Source of the DNA: Candidatus Woesearchaeota archaeon
Lineage (GTDB): Archaea; Nanobdellota; Nanobdellia; Pacearchaeales; GW2011-AR1
Direction: 5' to 3'
NCBI GenBank assembly: GCA_964372385.1
Contig: CAYJQP010000002.1
Coordinates: 1 to 24,677, forward strand
DNA length: 24,677 bases
The notes under the pieces were generated by a model. The model was not told where the DNA came from and did not search any database. It worked only from the letters and a program-made list of their open reading frames with translations. A program made the position numbers and the translations under genes. Below are positions 1 to 7,122 of this stretch, piece after piece; within the stretch, counting starts at the first letter, position 1, and each line of letters starts with the position of its first letter.

Positions 1-109
1 ATTTTTGGGAAAATTATAGAGCTATTAAGGGCAGGTTCTATTTTATCATTTTTAAGTTAACAAGGCAGATGTTGGAAATATTTATATTGTTCCTTGATTA
101 GAGATTTAG

Positions 110-325
110 ATGGCAGAGGAAGTTGTGACAGGCGGGCTGATGAAATTTAGATATGACAAGAGAGAAAAGACTTCTGAATTGAAGTCTGAAGAAAAGAGAG
201 AGATAAGAGATGCTTACGATAAGCATTATGAGAAGAAAAGAAAGGCGAGAAGGAGAAAAATGATGCTTATCATTCTTGTTTTAATTATTTTGGCGGGAGG
301 ATTATTGGCTTTTTTTCTTTCTTAG
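110..325 (+). CDS. Small tail-anchored membrane protein, function unknown
   Basis: 71-aa ORF with a charged N-terminus, a basic cluster (KKRKARRRK) and one C-terminal hydrophobic helix. TATA-like TTTATAT lies about 25 nt upstream. Confidence 0.7.
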   Translation: MAEEVVTGGLMKFRYDKREKTSELKSEEKREIRDAYDKHYEKKRKARRRKMMLIILVLIILAGGLLAFFLS

Positions 326-343
326 ATTTTTGAGTCAAATCAA

Positions 344-429
344 CGTCCCCGCAAGGACTCGAACCTTGGACCCCATGGTTTCTATAAAATTTTAACAGCC
401 ATGTGCTCTACCAGCTGAGCTACGGGGAC
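344..429 (-). tRNA. tRNA-Asn(GTT) with a 13-nt intron at canonical position 37/38; CCA not encoded
   Basis: Minus strand reads GTCCCCG-TA-GCTC-AGCTGGTA-GAGC-A-CATGG-CTGTTA-[intron]-A-CCATG-GGGTC-CAAGG-TTCGAGT-CCTTG-CGGGGAC-G. All four stems pair, and 86 nt minus 13 nt gives 73 nt. Confidence 0.95.
380..392 (-). other. tRNA intron (AAATTTTATAGAA), bulge-helix-loop type splice motif
   Basis: Intron AUAG pairs with anticodon-loop C32-U33-G34-U35 (one G-U). This leaves a 3-nt bulge (A,A,A38) at the 3' splice site, as in archaeal BHB/BHL motifs. Confidence 0.88.
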
Positions 430-741
430 TTAGAATTTTGAGATAAGTTAGTTATTTAAAAGTTATTGTTTGGGTTTTTTTTATTGCTGGTAATTAGCGG
501 AAATGCAGACTAATTTTTTATTTTTTAGCTTTTGCAGATAATGTTATAAATAATGATTTTGAATTATAAATAATATTTGACAAGCAGTTTGTAATTAATT
601 ATCATCTACATTATTATGCTTGCGGATTTGCTAATTTTTTCTTCTGGATTTTTTCAAAATTTAAAATTTTTTGCAATAGATTTATAAAGAAGAAGAACTT
701 TGTTAAATTATAAAATTGAAAGAGGTGCACTTGATAAGACG

Positions 742-810
742 ATGAAAAAGAGAAAATCAACGAAAAAGAAGTCGACTAAAAAGAAAGCAAGCAAGAAAAA
801 AAGAAGATAA
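742..810 (+). CDS. 22-aa Lys-rich basic peptide MKKRKSTKKKSTKKKASKKKRR (not in ORF track)
   Basis: ATG at 742 to TAA at 810, with TTTATAAA at 681-688 and GAGGTG at 722-727. The two STKKK repeats use different synonymous codons (TCA ACG AAA AAG AAG vs TCG ACT AAA AAG AAA). Confidence 0.62.
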   Translation: MKKRKSTKKKSTKKKASKKKRR

Positions 811-837
811 TCTCTAAAATTTTAATTATTTTTATTT

Positions 838-1341
838 TTAATTTATGTCTTTAGTGTTGTATAAACGCCCTGATTTTGTTTTTTCAAGATATCTGTAAGT
901 GTTTGATTGTTTTGAGCCTCTGATTAGGTTTGCTAGAGCGGTGATGAGTTCTTCTATTGATTCTGGACTGCCGATTAATCCTATTTCGTTGTTTTTAATA
1001 ACGAGATGACAGTTTGTTATGTGCTCTATTGTTTTTTTTGTTTTTCCTTTTGTGCCAATTACTCTTGCTCTGACTTGCTTTAGATTTTTTTTCTTTGTGA
1101 AGTTTTTTATGTTTATAATGCGGAATTGCATTTCCTGCTCTTTTATGAGGAGTGCTTTTCTCGCCGAGAAGCCGAAATTAATTGCGTCAAGCACTTGTGA
1201 TGCTTCGTATTCGTCTATTGGATTTTCTGAATGGACAACGACTTTTTTTCCTTTAATCATGAGTTTTATGTTTAGCTTTTTTTCTAAGAGAGTTAAATTT
1301 CTTTTCAATTCAGAGGTTTTTTGGAAGTATAGAGTTTGCAT
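838..1341 (-). CDS. KH-domain RNA-binding protein, Dim2/Pno1-like small-subunit rRNA processing factor
   Basis: KH GxxG loop (RVIGTKGKTKKTIE), DAINFGFS motif and C-terminal LIRGSKQSNTYRYLE, typical of archaeal Dim2/Pno1 homologs. Confidence 0.88.
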   Translation of the reverse strand: MQTLYFQKTSELKRNLTLLEKKLNIKLMIKGKKVVVHSENPIDEYEASQVLDAINFGFSARKALLIKEQEMQFRIINIKNFTKKKNLKQVRARVIGTKGKTKKTIEHITNCHLVIKNNEIGLIGSPESIEELITALANLIRGSKQSNTYRYLEKTKSGRLYNTKDIN

Positions 1342-1393
1342 TTTTATTGTATTTGTTATAAGAGAATGTTGTTTTTAATTTTTTGTCTGCTGT

Positions 1394-1690
1394 TTAAATT
1401 AGAATGATTGTGAAAGGAACGTCTTGTATTTTATCTATTGACTTTTTTGTTATTATTCCTGCTTCAATCGCTGTTTGAATTGATTTTTTTCCTACGATGT
1501 TGAATGTTGCATCGTTGTCTGCGTGCAATTGAAGGAGTTTGATTGCTTCTTCTTTTGTTACTTTTTTGTCTTTGTAGAAATTCTCCCTGCAGTCTAACTG
1601 GCGTTTTCCTTCTTCAAATTTTTTTCCAATTATGTCTGCGTCGCACAATGCGACGACACTTCTGTAGGATTCGTGGATTTTGATGTACAT
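1394..1690 (-). CDS. DUF424 family protein
   Basis: VVALCDADIIGKKFEEG, ENFY and TFNIVGKKSIQTAIEAGII motifs. Start moved to ATG at 1690, 1 nt after the aIF-2beta stop. Confidence 0.82.
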   Translation of the reverse strand: MYIKIHESYRSVVALCDADIIGKKFEEGKRQLDCRENFYKDKKVTKEEAIKLLQLHADNDATFNIVGKKSIQTAIEAGIITKKSIDKIQDVPFTIILI

Positions 1691-1691
1691 T

Positions 1692-2108
1692 TTACAGCGA
1701 ATATTTAATTGGGGATTTCGCGCCGCAGGCAAGGCAGTGCTTCAACTTTATACCTCTTTCTGATATCTGCTCTGTGTCAGGCTTTGTGCAGACGGGGCAG
1801 AGCACAAACTCTTTTGCGTAGAGCTGTATTTTCTCGTTTACTTTTGCCGAATTTAATCTGGAATTGAGAATAAGAGAATTATTCTGGAGCTTTCCGAAAG
1901 TCGCGAGCTCTCTTTGCAGGAATTTTATTAAGTGCTCTGTTGGGCGTCTTAGATAGGATGAGATTGATGTTATGTTTGTGATTACTGTATTTTTTCCTGA
2001 AACCTGGCCTTCAACTTTCGGGATTTCAAATCTGTCAGATGAGGTTTTGACTAGTTTAACCTGCGAGTAAGCTTTTTTCAAGAGTGTTTCGTAATCAAAT
2101 TCCTGCAT
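1692..2108 (-). CDS. eif2b: Translation initiation factor 2 beta subunit (aIF-2beta)
   Basis: DYETLLKKAY, RFEIP, HLIKFLQRELAT and a C-terminal Zn ribbon CPVC-x17-CLAC. Confidence 0.95.
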   Translation of the reverse strand: MQEFDYETLLKKAYSQVKLVKTSSDRFEIPKVEGQVSGKNTVITNITSISSYLRRPTEHLIKFLQRELATFGKLQNNSLILNSRLNSAKVNEKIQLYAKEFVLCPVCTKPDTEQISERGIKLKHCLACGAKSPIKYSL

Positions 2109-2129
2109 TTTAATGGGAGAAAGATAGGA

Positions 2130-2137
2130 TTTATAAA
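2130..2137. promoter_or_regulatory. Palindromic TATA box, probably serving both divergent leaderless genes
   Basis: TTTATAAA lies exactly 21 nt from both flanking ATGs (2108 minus, 2159 plus). Confidence 0.6.
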
Positions 2138-2158
2138 GATGTTTATTCTTTTTTTTTT

Positions 2159-2758
2159 ATGACATTCAATATTAAAAATCTTATTTTGGGAATTGGAATT
2201 TTTGTAGTTTATTTGTTAATGCTGGCTTATGGTATAGAGGCTTTTTATCCCTCACCTAAGTATGAAGACTTCTGTAAGACCTACGAATCCGGTAGATATC
2301 CTGTAAAGGCATATGATCCTGGATTTGCTAATAATTGCACATTTTCTAGGGAGCTGCAAGAAGCTCAGGATCAGTGCTATAGAGATGGGGGAACGCCAAT
2401 TTTTGAGTATGATGACAACGGTTGTACAGTTACTGTTAGAGAATGTGATTATTGTAATAAGGAGTTTAATGAAGCTAATAATGTTTATACTAAAATTGTA
2501 TTTATTATTTCTATTATAGTAGGAATAATTACTTTAGTTTTTGGATATGGGATTTTTAGTGTTGAACCAGTAGGAAGCGCGCTGATGGCATCTGGAGTTG
2601 GTGCAATATTTTATGGCAGTGTTAGAAACTGGCAGAATTTGAGTGATGTGCTAAGGTTTTTGCTGCTTTTGATAGCTTTGATTTTGTTGGTGTGGATTGC
2701 TTTGAGATTGAACAAGGAAAAGAAGATGGGGTTTTTTGCGAGGATGATGAAGAGGTAA
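2159..2758 (+). CDS. Polytopic membrane protein with a Cys-rich extracytoplasmic domain
   Basis: N-terminal TM helix, then a soluble segment with 6 Cys, then about 4 hydrophobic helices and a basic C-terminal tail. Confidence 0.85.
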   Translation: MTFNIKNLILGIGIFVVYLLMLAYGIEAFYPSPKYEDFCKTYESGRYPVKAYDPGFANNCTFSRELQEAQDQCYRDGGTPIFEYDDNGCTVTVRECDYCNKEFNEANNVYTKIVFIISIIVGIITLVFGYGIFSVEPVGSALMASGVGAIFYGSVRNWQNLSDVLRFLLLLIALILLVWIALRLNKEKKMGFFARMMKR

Positions 2759-2761
2759 TGA

Positions 2762-2998
2762 ATGAGATCTAAACTCATAATGTTAAAGCTTACATTAGAA
2801 GAGTTAGGGCTAATTAGTGATTGGGAGAGAGTTAATTCTCGTTTAATTTTGGAGGTACTTGAGGATATGTGGAGAAGAGATGTATGGGATTTTGGGTATA
2901 AAAAATATCCTGATGCAGAAGGAGATATTTATGGGCCATTTTTGGGAGAGGATATTAATGAAATTGTGTTTTCTGTAAGCTCTGATGAGTTTTTCTGA
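2762..2998 (+). CDS. Hypothetical acidic protein
   Basis: 78-aa ORF starting 3 nt after the upstream stop; no recognisable motif. Confidence 0.5.
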   Translation: MRSKLIMLKLTLEELGLISDWERVNSRLILEVLEDMWRRDVWDFGYKKYPDAEGDIYGPFLGEDINEIVFSVSSDEFF

Positions 2999-3109
2999 TG
3001 ACTATGAACTTAGCGAGAATTATCACAGGATGTTGCTCGATTAGATGAAAACAAAAAATTATAATAGATTAGTTGGGAAAATTAAGATGAATACTTTTGA
3101 AAAAGCCAA

Positions 3110-3808
3110 TTAACCCAAATACCTCAATTTTCCCGGGCGGGGTTCGTAGGCAATCGCGTCTTCTATGAGTTTTTTAATTTCTTTATTGATAATTTCAGGC
3201 GGCTCTTTTAATTCAAGAATTATTTTGTCTATTTCTATTCCGTTGTCTTTTTCCGCGTCCTTTATTATTTGTATTATTTTGTCTTTTAGCTCAAGAAGTT
3301 TTTCTTTCGGCATGGATTTTGGCTGAGAGGCTTCTTTTTCTAATTTTCTTACTAAAAGAAAAGCAGGATCTTTCTTTTTGATAATTTCCGGCGTTATGTA
3401 AACCTCGTTATTCCAGTATCTTAATAATCCGATTATGAGGATTGTGTCGCCCTGGTTTAAATCTGAGAATTTTTCTATATCTTCTCCGAATGTTTTCACG
3501 CGGATTTGGCCTGTTGCGTCGTCTAAAGTTACAGAAGCGTATTTTTTTTCTCCGTCTTGGACGAATTTGTCTACTATGTTTGCTATTATGTTTACTCTTA
3601 CAATTTCTTTGCTGTTTATTTCAACAAAACGAAGGCGGTCGTTTTCAACAATTTGCTTTCCGGCGAGGATTTCTCCTATTCTAAATTTGAAAGCGATGCG
3701 GCGTTTTAGCTGTTCTATTGAAGGATAATTGGGTTCTGTAAATCTTTTTGGAGGAGTTGTTTGGTCTATTTCCTGCTGGTTTGATATGACCTCTTTTTGA
3801 TTGTCCAT
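3110..3808 (-). CDS. OB-fold ssDNA-binding protein, RPA32/RPA2-like, with C-terminal winged helix
   Basis: RVNIIANIVDKF...TLDDATGQIRVKTF...IIGLLRYWNNEVYITPEII OB fold. The C-terminal LIEDAIAYEPRPGKLRYL resembles a wH end. Located downstream of mcm. Confidence 0.83.
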   Translation of the reverse strand: MDNQKEVISNQQEIDQTTPPKRFTEPNYPSIEQLKRRIAFKFRIGEILAGKQIVENDRLRFVEINSKEIVRVNIIANIVDKFVQDGEKKYASVTLDDATGQIRVKTFGEDIEKFSDLNQGDTILIIGLLRYWNNEVYITPEIIKKKDPAFLLVRKLEKEASQPKSMPKEKLLELKDKIIQIIKDAEKDNGIEIDKIILELKEPPEIINKEIKKLIEDAIAYEPRPGKLRYLG

Positions 3809-3868
3809 ATAAAGTTTTGGAGAATTGGGTTTAAATGTTTTTGTGGGGTTGAGAATATTAATAAAATT

Positions 3869-4330
3869 CTATTTTTTGCTGCTGGAAAAATATTGCCTGT
3901 TTTTGAATAAATAGATGAAAGCGAGCAATAAGAGAATAAAGAAAAATCCGGAAATTGCTGAGTAAATTATTTTAGCTTGAATGATTGCCTGCTCTGATAA
4001 ATCTAAAGGAATGTTTAATTTTTGCGCTATTTCTGAGAGAGGAGCTGTTAATTCGATTACTGAATTTATTAAAAGAATCAGAGCATAAAAGCCGAGAAAT
4101 ATTAGGAGGGACTTCCTGCCGCTTCTTCTGTGAATTGCGATTATTAGGGCGATTGAAATAATAAATAATGCAATATAAAACAAAAGAGACGCAGAAGATT
4201 GAATTGTAAAACCTGCAATTACAGCAGTCCTGTTGGGCCTTATTATCATGCTTATGAATTGCGCAAATGCGCTGATGTAAAATACAGTAAGAATAATTTT
4301 TATCCCTGCCGGCATTTTTTTATGGTTCAT
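3869..4330 (-). CDS. Hypothetical membrane protein (about 4 TM)
   Basis: Four long hydrophobic segments; ATG is 1 nt after the mcm stop. Confidence 0.75.
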   Translation of the reverse strand: MNHKKMPAGIKIILTVFYISAFAQFISMIIRPNRTAVIAGFTIQSSASLLFYIALFIISIALIIAIHRRSGRKSLLIFLGFYALILLINSVIELTAPLSEIAQKLNIPLDLSEQAIIQAKIIYSAISGFFFILLLLAFIYLFKNRQYFSSSKK

Positions 4331-4331
4331 C

Positions 4332-6341
4332 TTAAATTTTTTGAATAAATCCTTGTTTTGGACGGAAGATATCTCCTATTTTTGACAACTGTTCAAGGGC
4401 TTCTTCTAATTCTGTTTTTGATATCTTGTCTTCTAATGCTTTTTCAAGCTCTTCTATTGGAATTAATTTTCCTAATTTTGATTCTAATTGAGATAGAGTT
4501 TCTTTAACGAAGAGGATTTTGCTTCTTTTTGATGATGTAATGCCTGTTGTCATTCTGTCTATGTCAAAAGACTGCGTTTCCTCGTCGTAGCCGACTTGAG
4601 ACAATGAAGTTTTTAGAAGGTCTATTGCTTTTTTTGCGTCTTCTCCGAGGACTTTATCGCGTAGATGGAGCTTTGCGTGCGCTTCTGCGAGACGGACAAT
4701 TCCTTCTAACTGCCTTGCTGTTATCGGAATCGGTTTTATATCAGAATCTGATTTTATTGATTGATTTCTTAGTTTTACATAGAAGTTTTTTATTTCTTCC
4801 ACTGCTTCATTTGTTAATTTTGGATGGACTTTTTGTTTTGCATAAGCAATGTATTTTCTTAAAAGCTTTGGCTCTACAACATCTCTTATTATTTCCTGCT
4901 TGTGCTCTTCTAAAACATGTGTTGCAATTGCCTCGTCTTGTATTTTATTTGGGAGATCACGTATAACAAAAATTACATCAAATCTTGAGAGCAGAGCGGG
5001 AGAGATGTCAATCTGCTGTGGAATCGGCGTGTAAGGGTCAAACCTTCCGAGTTTAGGATTGCCTGCTGCGAGGACAGTTGTTTCTGCTCTTAATGTTGCG
5101 TGAATGTTTGCTTTGGTGATTGTAACTGTTTGCTGCTCCATTGCCTGATGCATAGAAGATCTGTCATGCTCGCTCATTTTTTCTATTTCATCTATTGCGC
5201 AGAATCCTTTGTTGCTCAATACCATTGCACCAGCTTCTAGAGACCAGCCCCTAAGAAATTCGTCCTTGACTACGCTTGCAGTCAAGCCAGCTCCTGTAGT
5301 TGCTTTTCCTGAAACATATCTTCCTTTTGGAGCTATTGTTGACACGAATTGTAGCATTACTGATTTTGCAACACCGGGGTCGCCGACAAGCAAGATATGA
5401 ATGTCGCCGCGAGTTTTTCCGCCATCTGATTTTGTTTTCTTTACACCGCCTAAAAGTTGAAGGAGGATAGCTTCTTTAATTCTGTCAAATCCGTAGACAC
5501 TTGGGGCTATACTTTGCGATAATTTTTTAAAAAGTTTAGGATTCGCAGAGAGTTCAAGTATTTCTTTTATGTCTTCTTCTTTTATGTTAAGCTCTTCAAA
5601 AGATTCTTCCATTGGAATTATATTGTTGGCTTCAATTGCGATGTCAAAACGAGTTGAGATTCCTGTTTGAATTGGCACAGGGATTTCTTTTAAAATTCCG
5701 AATATTTTTATCCTGCTTCCTGGATTAGTGTGTTTTTCCATTTTAGGGTCAACTAAATCTTCTTTTAGGAATGTGTTAATTCTTCTTGGCTGTTCGCCGC
5801 CTTCTAAAGCATCAGGCGATTCTTCTATCACGAGTCTTTGGACATCTACCATTTCTTTTGAGAGGAGCTTGAAATTTCCTTTCCAGTTGCAAGAGCATCG
5901 TGATGGCTCTCTGAATTTTCTGTCAACCTGCAGAACAGAAAGAATTGCCCCGCAGCTCGGGCATTCAAATTTTGCGTTAACCACTTGCGGTTTTACATCT
6001 GATGCCTGCCTTACAATGCCTTCAACAGCGAGGAATTGGTCAAGATGTTTTGCTCTTATATTCCTTATTTTTTCGTGCGAAGTTTGCGGAAGATCTAAAA
6101 GGCGAATCCTTGGATTTTTTACCAATTCAGATTCTTCCAATGCATTTTCTAATATTGCAATTGTTTCTTCCGGGCGGTCTGTTGTTTGATCAGCGAGTTC
6201 TGGCGAGAATTCAGACAATTTATTAAAAGAAATGTGGACAACTTTTTCACCTGTTCTTATTGAGCTTATTATGTCTTTTTTTGATGCGTTGAAGAAGTTT
6301 TTTGCTTCTAATAAAAGTTCTTCTTGTCTCTTTTTTTCCAT
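4332..6341 (-). CDS. mcm: Replicative helicase MCM (intein-free)
   Basis: Zn finger CPSC...CSC, Walker A GDPGVAKS, Walker B IDEIEKM, AMEQQT, AAGNP, arginine finger LSRFD, sensor-2 TARQLE, C-terminal wH. Confidence 0.98.
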   Translation of the reverse strand: MEKKRQEELLLEAKNFFNASKKDIISSIRTGEKVVHISFNKLSEFSPELADQTTDRPEETIAILENALEESELVKNPRIRLLDLPQTSHEKIRNIRAKHLDQFLAVEGIVRQASDVKPQVVNAKFECPSCGAILSVLQVDRKFREPSRCSCNWKGNFKLLSKEMVDVQRLVIEESPDALEGGEQPRRINTFLKEDLVDPKMEKHTNPGSRIKIFGILKEIPVPIQTGISTRFDIAIEANNIIPMEESFEELNIKEEDIKEILELSANPKLFKKLSQSIAPSVYGFDRIKEAILLQLLGGVKKTKSDGGKTRGDIHILLVGDPGVAKSVMLQFVSTIAPKGRYVSGKATTGAGLTASVVKDEFLRGWSLEAGAMVLSNKGFCAIDEIEKMSEHDRSSMHQAMEQQTVTITKANIHATLRAETTVLAAGNPKLGRFDPYTPIPQQIDISPALLSRFDVIFVIRDLPNKIQDEAIATHVLEEHKQEIIRDVVEPKLLRKYIAYAKQKVHPKLTNEAVEEIKNFYVKLRNQSIKSDSDIKPIPITARQLEGIVRLAEAHAKLHLRDKVLGEDAKKAIDLLKTSLSQVGYDEETQSFDIDRMTTGITSSKRSKILFVKETLSQLESKLGKLIPIEELEKALEDKISKTELEEALEQLSKIGDIFRPKQGFIQKI

Positions 6342-6582
6342 ACCTTAATTTATGAGCTTTGGTTTATAATGATTATTATTTATAAGAATATGCTTAATAA
6401 TTTTGTAGAAATTTTGAAGTAGAGCTTTAGATAAAGCAGGGCGGTATAAAAATGATAATTAATAATAAGAATATAAAATTATTGTTTATAGGTATATTAA
6501 TGGTTTTAGGGACTGAAAATCAAAGAAGTTAATTAGGGATTATTCTTTATCTAGAAAATTCTGGATTTTTTCTTTTATTGAA

Positions 6583-6809
6583 GGCGTATAATACGCAGTT
6601 AGGGACTCTTGTCGCTCAATAATTTTATTTTTATTTGAGTCTGTTATAACGGAGAACATAAATAATTGAGCATTTCATTTATGTTCCCTGAATATATAGT
6701 GAAAGACAGAAGTCTTTCCCTATCTAGTCAACGACAAATTGAGGAAAAACTAAAGTCGTTGACTATAGCAACAGACAATTCGCTCAATTATTTGAGTCTG
6801 TTGCTATAT
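6583..6809 (-). ncRNA. Candidate structured element E1 (abutting hairpins with complementary loops); RNA vs DNA role unknown
   Basis: Inverted repeats: 6766-6776/6796-6806 (11 bp), 6725-6735/6755-6765 (11 bp), 6696-6707/6712-6723 (12 bp, 1 mismatch), 6654-6663/6677-6686 (10 bp), 6604-6608/6637-6641 and 6584-6588/6592-6596. Loops carry mutually complementary AATTGAG(C)/(G)CTCAAT(T). Confidence 0.5.
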
Positions 6810-7091
6810 TTCAAGAACTTCTGGGAATTTCTCCGGGGTTTCTATTATTATTCTGTATTCTGGCTCTATGTAGTTTTTGTATTTTATTGCTTGTTGATAA
6901 TCTTTTAATTCTGTTTTGTAGGACTGCTGGTTTTCCAGATAGAATGTTTTATATTCTATTTTTTGTTGGATTTCTTTTTGGGGATTATTAATTGCTGATG
7001 TTTGCTCTTTTGTCATTTTACAATTTGTTAATATAACTGTAGAGATTAGAATAATGATAGCTTCTAGTGTTCTTTTTATACGCTGGTGCAT
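6804..7091 (-). CDS. Putative lipoprotein or secreted protein, function unknown
   Basis: Basic N-terminus, hydrophobic helix, lipobox-like LTNC; TATA-like sequence just upstream. Confidence 0.68.
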   Translation of the reverse strand: MHQRIKRTLEAIIILISTVILTNCKMTKEQTSAINNPQKEIQQKIEYKTFYLENQQSYKTELKDYQQAIKYKNYIEPEYRIIIETPEKFPEVLEI

Positions 7092-7122
7092 TTGAGATTA
7101 AAGTTTTTGAGCGTTTTAAGAT

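Noticed and set aside
344-429. tRNA as an integration site for an island
   Set aside because: I saw no duplicated tRNA 3' end and no integrase in the window.
2981-3044. TCTGATGA direct repeat and a possible +1 frameshift at T5 extending ORF 2762 by about 16 aa
   Set aside because: There is no homolog evidence to call a frameshift, and no D-box or stem context for a C/D sRNA or ribozyme.
6559-6582. TnpB omega-RNA end (minus-strand TTCAA after E1) with a guide matching 642-655
   Set aside because: The guide-proximal bases do not match the putative target, E2 lacks TTCAA at the same position, and no tnpA/tnpB is in the window.
6750-6806. UAG readthrough of the lipoprotein gene stimulated by the hairpin
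   Set aside because: Another in-frame UAG follows after 17 codons, so there is no meaningful extension.
6583-6809. E1/E2 as SRP RNA, RNase P RNA, hammerhead, purine riboswitch, attC site or CRISPR/TIGR array
   Set aside because: No SRP helix-8 GNRA loop, no intact RNase P CR-I/CR-V pair (GAGGAAAAAC alone is insufficient), no CUGANGA/GAAA core, AAC/GTT not at the stem base, no repeat-spacer periodicity and no cas, Nop-domain or integrase gene.
6666-6908. 80-aa plus-strand ORF with TTG start
   Set aside because: It overlaps hairpin array E1 and the antisense of the lipoprotein gene; the perfect stems explain the sequence better.
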